64,000 bases of DNA from Felis catus. Taxonomy: Eukaryota. This document shows positions 47,240 to 60,588 of the stretch, piece by piece; the stretch's first letter is position 1, and every line of letters starts with the position of its first letter. A program made the translations under genes and the position numbers. The notes below the pieces were generated by a model. It had not been told where the DNA came from, made no database searches, and saw nothing but the letters and a program-made list of their open reading frames with translations. The stretch spans positions 148,120,001 to 148,184,000 of the forward strand of contig NC_058368.1 of assembly GCF_018350175.1 (NCBI RefSeq), in the 5' to 3' direction.

Positions 47240-49896
47240 AAAAATACAAATTAGAATTAAATTCATATTGGTTTAAAAAAAGAAATTAGGTGGTTTTAAA
47301 ATGATACCTTAGGGTAACATTATAATTAATAATTAACTATTTTGGTTCAGAGTATAGAAGACCATATTAGCAGCTGGACAATTTTGCAAGTATTCCATTT
47401 TAGAAGTTTGACTGACTTCAGGATATATATCTACAATGACCAACTTTGATATCTACATTCAAATATAAGCTCTTCCTAATTTAGAGGAGCTATTAATATT
47501 TCTAATTCTAGCAATGAAATGAGGGCCATGGTATTTTTTAGCCCTAAGTGTAGGATACAGGGAGTCATTTATGTGCTAGGCTTTCAGATATTTCTCATGA
47601 TTATACATGTTTATGTATTTTCCAAATAAACATGACGATATTTTTAAAATCAACTTATTGTTCTCACTCCACATTTTCTCAGGATAGTGTTAGTTATTAG
47701 ATAGTTACACTTACTAGAGGAGACACAAACCTTTCACATTTTAGGACATTTCTTCAACAAATAAAATTCAAAACACACATCCCAATTCCAAAACAAAGTC
47801 CTCATATTTCTGCATGTGACTTTTTTTTTTCATGGCTCTGAGTATAAATAAATGAGCATGAAGAAATAAAAATTCTTGCCTCATTTTCCAATACAAGGTT
47901 TACTTTACACTTTACCGTACATTAACTAAAGTAATTGATACTGTGGCCCAGATATAAGCTATAGCCCCACGAGGTTCAAATTATGCTCTGAGTTGCATTT
48001 AAGGAGGCATCATTTAACATCAAATACTAATTGAAAAGGAATCCAATCTGTATTTACTTTCCTCAAAGCACATTAACGGGGCTGATCTTACCATTCAAAG
48101 CAACATTGTCAGAATCTTTTTTCTGTTTCTTAAATCTGAATCTGCTCCAAGCTTGACCCACTCACTTATCAAGTTTGTACTTTCACTATATCTAGCTTCA
48201 TGTAACTTTCAACATTTTAAGTTTATTTTATGTTTGATCTAGGCTCCCTAGTCATGTCAACATTGAATTTCTCTTGTTTTTCTTGCCTTGTTTTTAATGT
48301 GGTTGAACAAAGACTCTCCTTTTATGGTCAGTAGATGCCAGGTTTGAGGGAAGGCAGAAACACTCACATTAAGTAATCTTTTCAATTTCCTAACAGAAAG
48401 GTGCAAATGAAAAGTTTTTAGATGTTTGGAGAGCAATATCTAATTCCACTGATTATTTTATTGTTCTGTGAGGGCTCCTAAAATTTGAGATGTTATCCGT
48501 GTATCCTACACATCTCCAATAATATTTGCTTTCTTGAGCCTTCCTTATCTCCTTTCAGCACATTCCTTTCTACATCAGCATCATCTCTGTGAAATCTGAT
48601 ATTTCCTCTGGGCCCTGTATGACAACTAAATATATAAATTGAGTATAAACCTCAGAAGTACTTGTTATTTTTGATATAAAATAATGCCCTAATGAAAACA
48701 AATATAAAACATTATAATTCTAGACACTCGGGCAAGTTATGGTAGGTATTTTTGAGCAAGAGGCTTTGATTCTCATTAATTTTGTAGAAGTAAACATTGT
48801 CTAATTGTGCATAACTAAATATCCGTAAAAAATGGAGAAGCTTTAATAGAAATGCTTAAAAAATTATCAGAGTCATTTGTAGTTATACTAAGCATTTACA
48901 ACTCTACTATGCTTATGGGGAGCACCTAAATAACTATTTAATCTCAGTGATAGGCCTGATCATTAGTATATGATTCTTTCTTCCAAAATTGATGTTATTT
49001 AGTATACTTAGCTTTAACTGCCACAGCTAATTTTTGCTCCCCGAATATCTTTCTTTACAAATGAAATTAAATGAAATTAAATGAAATAAAATAGTTGTAG
49101 TTAGGTAGGAAAACATATTAAGTTCTTATGATTTAAAAAATTTACAGCTGTTTCTGAGAAAGACAGGGGCTGACAAAAATAATTGCAATTGTTATAAAAT
49201 CTTTCACAAATTTCCATTTAGGATGACACAATCACTTAGTTTTTATTTTGTTCTGTTTTTTAACACACACTTCCTGATCTAAAAACAGCAATGATAGCTA
49301 AAATACAAAGTGTGAAAATCAAACAAACAAAGGTAGATAGGGAAATACCCAAGTTCCAAGAGCACAAAAAAGAAAATGGAAAGCAGGTGTGAGTGTGGTT
49401 GAAACAGTCTATACTAGCTTCAGGTCTTGAGGTAAACAATGGCAACCATGAATTTGTCCTCTGCAGTGTAATGTTGTAATGAGGCTGGCATTTGTGTCTG
49501 ACACCAAGGGTTAGGTTGGTGTCATCTTCATTTATAAAAGTCAGCTAAAATGCAGTACTGTTATATTTCATTTGACTCTGAATTCACAGACTACTTTGGC
49601 TAAAGGATGTGAGAATACAAAGACCAAGTATTTATTTTCTCACTCTTCCAACTGCTGGCCAACTAACTGAATCAGGAAAATCATCAATAATACAAGGCTC
49701 CACCTCACTGTTAGAAAATTTGGTTATAATTCAAGAATGGGGATATATAGGTAGAGGAAGGCACAGAGCAAGAAAAGCTGAGCACAAAACTCTAATCACT
49801 TTCAGCAATTTGGAAGGCAAGCATCAGGAATTTTAAGCCGACAAACATTAGGAAAATATAGAGAACCTGCATAGCCAAATGTAAAATCTGGTTAGA

Positions 49897-50114
49897 GGGG
49901 CATCTGGGTGGCTCTACTGGGTAAGCAAGTGACTCTTGATTTTGACTCAGGTCATGATCTCATTCATTGTCACAGGATAGAACCCTGTGTTGGGCATGCT
50001 GAGCATGAAACCTGCTTGGGATTCTCTCTCTCCCTCTCTTGCTCCCCCTTGCCTGCTTGTGCATGCATGTGCGTGTGTGCACTCTCTCAAAATAAGTAAA
50101 TAAACGGTAAAAAA
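49897..50114 (+). mobile_element. Can-SINE (older, diverged)
   Basis: GGGGCATCTGGGTGGCTC head, GACTCTTGATTTT..CAGGTCATGATCTC, CCTGCTTGGGATTCTCTC. Confidence 0.9.
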
Positions 50115-50191
50115 GTCTGGATACATATAGATATGGATAGTTATAAGTAAAAGATAGCTAGCCAGCTAGCTTGCTAGACAGTGATAGAAAG

Positions 50192-50322
50192 AGAAGAATG
50201 GCAGAATATGCCACCTCAAGAGTCTACTTTTGAGTTAAAGGCACTTGAAAAACTGTAGCTGCAAGAGAAGCATTTTAATCTCTCCTTTCTTCTTGAAAAC
50301 GAGACATTAATCTCCCATGTGA
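50192..50322 (+). mobile_element. MER34A-like ERV1 LTR 5' fragment
   Basis: CAGAATATGCCACC...TTTTGAGTTAAAGGCACTTGAAAAAC..GCAAGA...CTCCCATGTGA. Confidence 0.7.
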
Positions 50323-51039
50323 TTTTTCCATTATAAACTTTCATGTATAATCTGAGATAAGCTTTATTATTTTCTCAACAATGCAAACATGCAAAATTTA
50401 CTCTCTAAATATTAAAAACATGAATACCCAATATCATTAAGAAATTAAATATGTCATAAAATAATGTCTCTCTGCTTTCTTTAATACAATACCCAATCCA
50501 AATAAATCTATACACAAATATTTACCAAACTCTCAAAGAACAGAGAATATTATATACTTTTTTGAAGAGGAAATTGACATTATCTAACAGATTTTGTAAA
50601 AACAATATAATCATGATAATGAAGGCAAGTAAGAGAAATATCATAATAAAAATCAGTGACTGAAAACTTTCTTAATCAAACGCTAAAGCCTTAAGAAAAG
50701 TTTAGCATATTTAATGAAGCAGATTTACTTTTAAAAGTGGAGAGTGATTAAACTAGGTATATTTCATGAATGCAAAGATAGTTAATTTCCTGAAAACGTG
50801 TTTATATATAATATCACATTGGCTGATAAGATGAAAATAGTGATTATTACAAATACAGAAAATCAAATGAGATATGGCACTTATTCATGATTAACAACAA
50901 TGAGTAGTTTAATATTTAAACTAATCCTTTAAAAGTGACAAGCAGAGAAGGGTATATCAACTAGGTCTCTTTCATTTATTTGTCCATATTATGTAGACAG
51001 ATTTAAACAAGGTAATAGGCCTATAAAATCAGACATATA

Positions 51040-52899
51040 CACAGGATACCAAATCAATGTACAGAAATCAGTTGCATTCTTATACACTAATAATGAAGCA
51101 ACAGAAAGAAAAATAAAGAAACTGATCCCATTCACAATTGCACCAAGAATCATAAAATACCAAGGAATAAACCTAACTAAATATGTACAAGATCTGTATG
51201 CTGAAAACTATAGAAAGCTTATGAAGGAAATTGAAGAAGATACAAAGAAATGGAAAAATATTCCATGCTCATGGATTATAAGAATAAATATTGTTAAAAT
51301 ATCAATACTACCCAAAGTTATCTACACATTCAATGCAATCCCAATCAAAATTGCACCAGCATTCTTCTTCAAACTAGAACTAGCAATCCTAAAATTTGTA
51401 TGGAACCATGAAAGACCCCTAATAGCCAAAGTAATATTGAAGAAGACCAAAGTGGGAGGCATCACAATCCCAGTAGTCTCTACTACATAGCTGTAATCAT
51501 CAAGACAACGTGGTATTGGCACAAAAATAGACACATAGACCAATGGAATAGAGTAGAGACTCCAGAATTAGACCCACAAAAGTATGGCCAACTAATCTTT
51601 GACAAAGCAGGAAAGAGTATCCAATGGAAAACAGACAGTCTCTTTAACTAATGGTGCTGGGAAAACTGGACAGCAACATGCAGAAGAATGGTCTACACTT
51701 TCTTATAACATTCACAAAAGTAAACTCAAAATGGATAAATGACCTGAATGTGAGATAGGAAACCATCAAAACCCTAGAGGAGAAAGCAGGAAAAAAACCT
51801 CTTTGACCTCAGTCGCAGCAATTTCTTACTCCACACATCTCCAAAAGCAAGGGAATTAAAAGCAAAAATGAACTATTGGGACCTCATGAAGATAAAAACC
51901 TTCTGCACTGTAAAGGAAACAATAAACAAAACTAAAAGACAACCAACACAATGGGAAAAGATATTTGCAAATTACGTATTGGGCAAAGGGCAAGTATCCA
52001 AAATTTATAAAGAACTTACCAAACTCCACACCCGAAAAGCAGATAATCCAGTGAAGAAATGGGCAGAAAACATGAATAGACACTTCTCTAAAGAAGACAT
52101 CCAGATGGCCAACAGGCACATGAAAAGATGCCCAACATTGCTTCTCATCAGGGAAATACAAATCAAAACCACACTGAGATACCACCTCACGCCACTCAGA
52201 GTGGCTAAAATGAACAAATCAGGAGACTATAGATGCTGGAGAGGATGTGGAGAAACGGGAACCCTCTTGCACTGTTGGTGGGAATGCAAACTGGTGCAGC
52301 CACTCTGGAAAACAGTGTGGAGCTTCCTCAAGAAACTAAAAATAGACCTACCCTATGACCCAGCAATAGCACTTCTAGGAATTTACCCAAGGGATACAGG
52401 AGTGCTGACGCATAGGGCCACCTGTAACCCAATGTTTATAGCAGCACTTTCAACAATAACCAAATTATGGAAAGAGCCTAAATGTCCATCAACTGATGAA
52501 TGGATAAAGAAATTGTGGTTTATATACACAATGGAATACTACGTGGCAATGAGGGAGAATGAAATATGGCCCTTTGTAGCAACGTGGATGGAACTGGAGA
52601 GTGTCATGCTAAGTGAAATAAGCCATACAGAGAAAGACAGATACCATATGTTTTCATTCTTATGTGGATCCCGAGAAACTTAACAGAAGACCATGGGAGA
52701 CAGGAAGGAAAAAAAAGTTATAGAGGGAGAGAACCAAACCATAAGAGACTCTTAAAAACTGAGAATAAACTGAGGATTGATTGGGGGTGGGAGGGAGAGG
52801 AGGGTGGGTGATGGGCAGTGAGGAGGGCACCTATTGGGATGAGCACTGGGTGTTGTATGGAAACCAATTTGACAATAAATTTCAGATTAAAAAATAAAT
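51040..52899 (+). mobile_element. 5'-truncated felid L1 (L1_Fc-like), about 1.86 kb
   Basis: Perfect 15-bp TSD AAAATCAGACATATA (51025-51039, 52900-52914); well-preserved ORF2 3' half, G-rich 3'UTR, AATAAA and short A tail. Confidence 0.96.
51868..52683 (+). pseudogene. ORF2: Open 271-aa C-terminal fragment of L1 ORF2p with CCHC zinc knuckle
   Basis: Translation has [58 protein letters not shown]; no promoter, EN or RT core. Confidence 0.93.
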
Positions 52900-53484
52900 A
52901 AAATCAGACATATAAAATTAGAAAGGAGCAGACAATGTTATTTGACTCCATAAAATTAAGAAAATAATCTATTAGAACAAATGAAAAAAGTTTAGCCAGG
53001 GTAGATGTACTATAAATAGCATGTTGCTTTATATCAATAATTGCTTAATAAAAACATTGATAAAGAAAAACCCAATTTATAGTAGCCATAATAGCTATGG
53101 AAACTATGATGAATCTTAAGCAACAACAACAAAACAAAAACATGAAAGAAATCTGTAAAAAAGAAAACTAAATTTTGTTCTACAAAGAGCCATAATTAAA
53201 GTACTAATGGGAATAAGATATCTGTGACAAAAAAAAAAACTAAGAAAAGATATATATGTATAAATCTTAATGTTCAAATTTTAAAGGAAAAGACAATAGA
53301 AAATGGGTAAAAATATTTACAAAAAATTAATGAAAAAGAAAGCTAAAAGCCAATAAATTCATAAAAAATGCTCATTCTCACAGGTCATTAGGAATATACA
53401 GATTAAAAGCACAATGGAGAATAGCATACCATGTTCACCATTTAAGGAAAAATAAACATAAAAGCCAACATTACCATTCATTTC

Positions 53485-53710
53485 TTTTTTTTTTAATTTT
53501 TTTCAACGTTTTTTAATTTATTTTTGGGACAGAGAGAGACAGAGCATGAACGGAGGAGGAGCAGAGAGAGAGGGAGACACAGAATCGGAAACAGGCTCCA
53601 GGCTCCGAGCCATCAGCCCAGAGCCCGACGCGGGGCTCGAACTCCCGGACCGCGAGATCGTGACCTGGCTGAAGTCGGACGCTTAACCGACTGCGCCACC
53701 CAGGCGCCCC
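53485..53710 (-). mobile_element. Can-SINE, young felid subfamily
   Basis: Near-consensus and CpG-rich; at most a 5-bp TSD (ATTTC). Confidence 0.96.
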
Positions 53711-56700
53711 GTGATTTCAAAAGTATCAGTGAGTTGTCTTGCACTGCTGATGAAACTGGGGTATAAATTTTCACAAGCACTTTGCACAACAATTTGGCAA
53801 TACGTAATACCCTAAGACTCATTAAATCTGCTTCTGTGTACGTGGCCTAGAGGTAGAGATAACCCTAGAGTCACTGATAGAAAGGGGATGTATTTGACAT
53901 TTCAGGAGAATTTCCCACAGGCATCTATAATCTCAGAAAATCCCCTTTTTCAATTTACACCAGGAAAGCCCAGTTGAAATCCTTGAGGTGTCGTGGAAAG
54001 CAAAAACATGCATCATTGTCACAAGAACCTGCTTTCTAATAGCTAGAGGATGTTGGATAGTACAAATATTTCGAATATGTATCTTGATTAAAGAAGAAAA
54101 CAATGCATTTTTTTAAAGAACCAAAGCATGTATTTTCTTTATGGTAAAGGGAATGTTCATAATGGGACAAAGCACATTATAGATAGTTTAAACTCAGTGA
54201 AGTACCATTTTGTATTTATATAAACATCCATGGTCTTATAAAGCATACATTTCATACTGAATCTATAATTAAATAAATTTTACCTGATATCTTGAAAAAT
54301 TCCTAATACATGCAATGTATAATAAGCAATGGTTTGGTCCCAAGAACATGTTAATGCCTATTCCGCTTTTTAATGCCATGTCAGTATCTCCATTTGTCAT
54401 CTTCACCTTGTGGCTGTTTTAGCATAAATCTGTTCGTGTTTAATTATATAATATACAGTTATCACTATTTAGTCACATTATCTGTGTAATCTATAATTTT
54501 TTAGTGCATTTTTCTGTAAGATTTTATGTTGCTTTTTGTTAGAGCCTAGAAAAAGATCGCACACACAAGGCAACAAAGTTTGTGGCCGTGGCAGAAGTTT
54601 CCCAATTTTGGATAAATAAGACCGTCAACTCAAGTTCACTGAAGAAAGGGAAGATACTGTTTCATAAAAGTTTTAGTGCCTCACATTGGTATGATTTCCA
54701 GATGTTTTAATTACATATTGCTCTGCATATCTTGACAATGAATGTATTACACTGAGCAGAAAAGTTACAGCCAGCTGGTTTCCTGTCAGGTTGAGTAAGT
54801 TACATTCCTTGTATTTCCAGCTATTTACTTTTACAGCTCTCAGGCCTCAATGCCTCCAAGATTAGGAAGGATAGTCAATAACATACTGCCCAGTAAACCT
54901 CAGGTATTGATGCAAACTGCCTCATTCTATTCATTTATTTTTTGATGACTAATAAATTGATTTCCTAGGAATATCTCCTCAATTTGTTTGTTGTTTGACG
55001 ACAATTGGTATCACATAATGGCGAAACACTTAATTGCAAAATCATATTTTAACGCTCTTATGATTTTTCAGCCTTCTTGCTTTCTATTTCCCTTCCCTTC
55101 CATTTGCTTTCAATTATTACTGAGACATAAAGATTTCCTATTTCCCTCAAAATTTTACTTCTTTACATTATCCCTTAATTACCCTGTCCAGTCATTTTCT
55201 TCTTTTTATGTGATTGGAAATTTTGGTTATGATACATTATCTCAAGTTCACTATTATTTCAAGGATCTCTGTAAACAGTTCTGAAAATGAAAGTAGAGGA
55301 CACGCAGGTCAACTTTAAAATGTGAGAGAAAGATCAAAGGTGAGTAAGGCATGGTCCCTGCTCCTAATGAGCATCTTCAATCTTGGCATTACACTAAACC
55401 GAAAAATAACATAACATTTGATTTTTGCTGCTTTTTAAATTTCAGTGAGATAGTTGATTCAAACAGAGCCAAGAATAGATGGCATATGACAATGAATCAG
55501 GACAAATAATTCTGTCCTGAAAGCCAGCAAGAGCAGAAAAATCAGGTAAGTGTGGGCATTTGCTTGTATTTTCAAATACCTGTGCAAAACTATTGGAGAT
55601 TCTGTATATCAGTTTATAGGTACTTACAGGAAAAAAATAAACAAGAGTTATGTAATATAGCAAGCAGTGTGTACATATGAGAACCATTGTTTTGTAGTGC
55701 TTTTATGGAATACTATTATTTCCCCAGGCTACAGATATATAAGCAGGTTGGGCTATTAAAATTTTTTTGTTATTTGTTTTGTTTTATTTTGATTTTGATT
55801 CTTTTCTTTTCCTTTTGAAGTTTTCTTATTCAAAATATAAATTAGCTTTTGTATCTTAGGATATTTGAAGTACTAAAATTATATAAAAGTGCTTTCATAT
55901 CTTGATGTTTTTATTATTATTCCATAAATATCTCCATAGTGCTATCCTTGTTTTCAAATAGTGTTTGATATGTAATCTGATAGAACAGTTGTGTCAAGCA
56001 TCATTTCTAATTGTTTTTACAACAGTTATTTACCAATATATTTTCTGAATATTAATTTAAAAAAAAAAACTCCAGATGTAAATTATCAGCTAGAACCCAG
56101 AGGGTTATTTTCCACTGTCATAGAATCCACTTTCATCTCATCAGTAACAATTTTCATGTATATGAGATTGAAAACATTTCTATTCAAATTTTTTTAAAAA
56201 ATGGATCCTACTTTAGTATGAATATCTTATTCATTGAATAATGGAACATTAATTTGCATATATTATACACCTAAAGTTAATTAAGCTACATGGAATTCTT
56301 CAGAGAGCCAAAGATTATATTTGATCAAAGAAATCTCCAGTTAATCCCAAATTAGATGCCAAATGTTTTCCATATAAAGATATTAAATAGTTTATTATGT
56401 TAACTCATCTGATAATAAAATGAACCATTACTTTTATTTATAATTTTGAGTACATGAACAATTGGATAGAATTTAAGGGGAAAAGGTTATATAAAAATTA
56501 TAATAAAGTTTGGTTGTAAATTTTAATTACGAGAAACAGATTATGGCAAGATATGTGAGGGAGGATGACACAACAGAAGAGGGAAAGGAACTTTTTTGAA
56601 GACGGCCCATCCATGACAAGCATTCACAACTAGGCTATGGCTTGCTGGGTCTATCACGGTTATGTTGCCTAGGAGGGACTCCACTCCCTTTTTGTTCTTT

Positions 56701-56815
56701 TTATAAAGAGAATAAATCTGACAATAAATATTTTATAAAGATAATAAATTTTTAGTGGGTAACAATCTTGTGTTTGGGGGTGCCGACAAGTCTCTGTTTA
56801 AAAATCATCTGTTTT

Positions 56816-57030
56816 GGGGTGCCTGGGTGGCTCAGTCTGTTGAGCGTCAGACTTTGACTCAGGTCATGTTCTCATGGTTGGTGAGTTTGAGCCCTTGGTC
56901 ATGCTCTGTGCTGACAGCTCACATCTCCATCTCTCTGCTCTTCCTCTGCTCCTGCTCTGTCTCTGTCTCTGTCTCAAAAATAAATAACAATATCAAAAAA
57001 AAAAAAAAAAAGGAAGAAAGAAAAAAGGAA
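56816..57030 (+). mobile_element. Can-SINE with internal deletion
   Basis: GGGGTGCCTGGGTGGCTCAG head; lacks the GAGCCTGGAGCCTGCTTCGGATTCTG segment; A-rich tail. Confidence 0.88.
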
Positions 57031-57821
57031 ATGATCTGCCTTAGTGAGTTTGGATAAAGGTCGCTGCTCAGTACCCAGGATCTACAGAGGTTGTATGGCA
57101 ATTTTGAATTACTTCTGTTCTTGGATAGGACACCATTGCTTCCATGGGAAATTGACTTCAGTTGAGTATAGCTTTTCCCTGGAGTTTCATGCAAAAACTT
57201 CATTCCCAACATCTCAGTGTCATGAAACAAAATGAACAAAATGAATTCATTTTAAACCATCTCATGTATGAATGGTAACATAAAGATTAGAGTACACAAA
57301 AATTACTTTTATAGGAAATTATAAATGTAAAATCATCAGTTGCAATATGTATAGTTCATTTTCAATTGCCTGCTGAACTAAATAACAGATGTTTCTTGCT
57401 TTTACATGAAATGTGCCCTAAAAATGTTTATAATTAAAATATATTGCTGTAAGTATCTTAGTTTTTAATGTGATCAACTTTATTTTAAAAATAATTTAAA
57501 TGAGTTTACCTTCCCAATAATTTTAGCAATATAAACTCTGTATAGTAGTTTGAGAACATAAAATGAAAAAGGTAAATGTACAATGCAAGGAACAGTTTCT
57601 TTTCTGTTCCTTTGCACAAGAATTCAATGATCATTTATTTTATTATCAATTCTTTTAGAAACAAAAATGTATTTTCATTTTTTACTTGCTTTAAAGTTGT
57701 ACATCCAGTTCCTTTGTATTTTTCTATATACATATTTAACCATAAAGTTTTTCATTTATACTTTTTTGTTTAGATGATCTCTCATTAGTTAGTTATATCT
57801 TCTGAAAATCAAAAAAAATGT

Positions 57822-58025
57822 GGGGTGCCTGGGTGGCTCAGTCGGTTAAACGTCCAACTTCAGCTCAGGTCATGATCTCACAGTCTGGGAATTTGAGCCC
57901 TGTGTGGGGCTCTGTGCTGACAGCTCAGAGCCTGGAGCCTGCTTCAGATTCTGTGTCTCCCTCTCTCTCTGCCCCTCCCCTGCTCATGCTCTGTCTCTGT
58001 CTCAAAAATAAATAAAAACATTAAA
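57822..58025 (+). mobile_element. Can-SINE
   Basis: TSD AAAATCAAAAAAAATG / AAAATCAATAAAAATG (57805-57820, 58026-58041). Confidence 0.95.
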
Positions 58026-59459
58026 AAAATCAATAAAAATGCTATCCTTTTACCACCAAAGTGAAAATACATCCCACAAAATATATTCTTGCTGTTTATC
58101 AGCTTTCTCTTAATCTACTTGTCAGTTCCTTTAAGATACTTATTCCAACTTTCGTGATTAGAGCTAAAACCTCTGGAAGGTTTGGTTACAAAAGAAAATT
58201 TAAGTATGTAACTCACACATACCTAAATAAGACTTACTGAGAAATATATCTTCTTTAAAGAAAAATGCATATATTATCATTGTTATTATATATTATGTAG
58301 TATCATGACACATAATAGGGAAATGACATAATATAAATTTCAAAAAATAATAAACATTCAGAAATTCTATTCCAAGCTATAACATTAGTTAGTTCCCTGG
58401 CACTAAATAAATTAATATTTAAAATAAAAAATTCAAAGTACACTCAGAGTGGATTCCCTTTTTACAATCACACCCCCACTCTCCCCCCTAAGGATTATTG
58501 AGGTATACACAGATAATGCTGCATAAGACTTAATCATTCTCCCAAAATGTCAAGTCTGACTAAGTAGAAATAGAAAAATGTCAACACAATTGGATTAGGT
58601 TTATTTTCTATCATGTGATATCATGCCTTCAAAGGCAATTTAATTGCAAACGTAAAACACTAGCCACTCATACTGTGTACAATTTTGATTTGTAGTGTTT
58701 AAACAGGCAAAAGAGAAGGTATTTCTTATTTCATTGGTATAATGGTTCTCAAGGAAGTGTTTGCAAACATTTTAATATCAACTAAAGCATTCTACATGTA
58801 TTTATCTATCTATCTAACCATTTATCTATCATCTATTAATCTATGTATCTTTTCATCTCTGCCAATCAAGGTTGTGGAAACATTCAAATATTCATGAATT
58901 GTGTTCCTCTGTCCCAGAAAGATTTTTGATAAATGCTTTAAGGACAAATACTTCGATATCCAGTCTTTGGGTAAATTGGACCAAGGGCTGCTATTTTTAT
59001 ATTTGTATTATAAGGAGTTCAATGAGAGGGCAACAGTTTGGAAAACAGATACAGGAAAAGGGAAAAACAAAGGCATATGACAAAAGGAGGCATTTAAAAT
59101 CACCTGACTGTTGGTTTACTGAGAACGCAGTGAGAGGGTTGACATTTATTTGTTTACATGGGGTAAAACAGATAGAATGTATATATGTAAGATCATGAGA
59201 ACGTGAAAAACAAAAGCAATTTTAGAAATATTGAAGAGATAGGATTTTTTCACTTAGTCAATGGAAGGAGATATTTGCGTGGGTTTCTAGACAAAGGAAT
59301 CCCAGGTGCTAATTTCTGTGTACCTATTTTGGTATCACTCTGTCTTGGCATCCTTATTCCTATCCACATAATAACACAAAACAAAAATATTAAAGAAAAA
59401 AATAGGTATAACTAAATTACTGTTTACATCATTGTTTGGGTGATCTATAGTCTACTGAC

Positions 59460-59651
59460 AATTCAGGCTTCAGCCTGTTTTAGAAAATAAAATTTTATTG
59501 GAGCACAACAGTACTCATTGGTTCACTATTGTCTATGTCTGCTTTTTAGCCACTTACTACAGATTTGAGTAGTCGCCACAAAAACCATCTGATCCACAAA
59601 AGCTAAATATTTACTATCAGGCCTATTATAGAAAGAAAACTGCCAACCCCT
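59460..59651 (+). mobile_element. MER58A-like hAT-Charlie DNA transposon
   Basis: GCCTGTTTT..AAATAAAATTTTATTGGAGCAC...TTGTCTATG..TTGAGTAGTCG...AATATTTACTATC..TGCCAACCCC. Confidence 0.85.
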
Positions 59652-59748
59652 ACTCTGCACTAACAAAACTTGTGTTTGAAAAAAATTTCCTTAAAAATTA
59701 GTGAATTTATTAATAAAAATATATTAAAATACATAATTTACCTATTTT

Positions 59749-60588
59749 ATTTTTATTTTTGTATTTAAATTCAAGTTACTTAACATACAGTGTAGGCTTG
59801 GCTTCAGGAGTAGAACCCAGTGATCCATCTCTTACATATGACATCCAGGGCACATCCCAACAAGTGCCCTTTTTTAAAAAAAAAAGAAATTGTTTATTAT
59901 TTATTTTTGAGAGAGAGAGAGAGAGACAAAGTACAAGCGGGGGGTTGGTGGTTAGAGACAGAGGGAGACACAGAATCTGAAGCAGGCTCCAGACTCGAGC
60001 TGTCAGCACAGAGCCTGATGGGGGGATAAACTCAAGAACAGTCAGTTCATGATCTGAGTGATTATGACCTGAGCGGAAGTTGTATGCTTAACTGACTAAG
60101 CCACCCAGGCGCTCCCAAAAAGTGTCTTCCTTAATGCCTATCACCCATTTAACCCATCTCCCCCACCTCCCTTCCAGCAACCCCCAGTTTGTTCTCTGTA
60201 TTTAAGAGTGTCTTATGGTTTGTCTCCCTCTCTGTTGTTATCTTATTTTTCCTTCCCTTTTCCTATGTTTTTGGTTGTATTTCTCAAATTCCACATATAA
60301 GTGAAATCATATGACATTTGTTTTTCTCTGATTGACTTATTTTGCTTAGGATAATACCCTCTGGTTCCATCCATGTTGTTGCAAATGGCAAGGTTTCATT
60401 CTTTTTCACCCCCGGGTAGTATTCTGTTGTATATATAAACTGCATCTTCTTTATCCATCCATCAGTTGATGGACATTTGGGCTCTTTCCATAATTTGGGT
60501 ATTGTTGATAGTGCTGCTATAAACATTGGGGTGCATGTGCCCCTTTGAATCAGCATTTTTGTATCCTTTGGATAAATACCTCATAGTG
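59749..60588 (-). mobile_element. 5'-truncated carnivore L1 (ORF2 end plus 3'UTR), interrupted by a SINE
   Basis: Minus ORF 60284-60556 TCTPMFIAALSTIPKLWKEPKCPS...; degenerate TSD CATAATTTACCTATTTT / CATAATCTGTCTATTTT. Confidence 0.9.
59871..60116 (-). mobile_element. Can-SINE inserted in the L1 3'UTR
   Basis: GGGAGACACAGAATCTGAAGCAGGCTCCAG, ends GCCACCCAGGCGC. Confidence 0.92.

Larger units (their letters stand above)
50400..53850 (+). mobile_element. Highly degenerate ancient L1 ORF2 remnant, host to a younger L1 and a SINE
   Basis: L1-like phrases before (TTTACCAAACTCTCAAAGAA; TATTTCATGAATGCAAAGATAG; TTATTCATGATTAA) and after (AAATTAGAAAGGA; GACTCCATAAAA; GACAATAGAAAATGGGTAAAA) the inserts. 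Confidence 0.5.
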
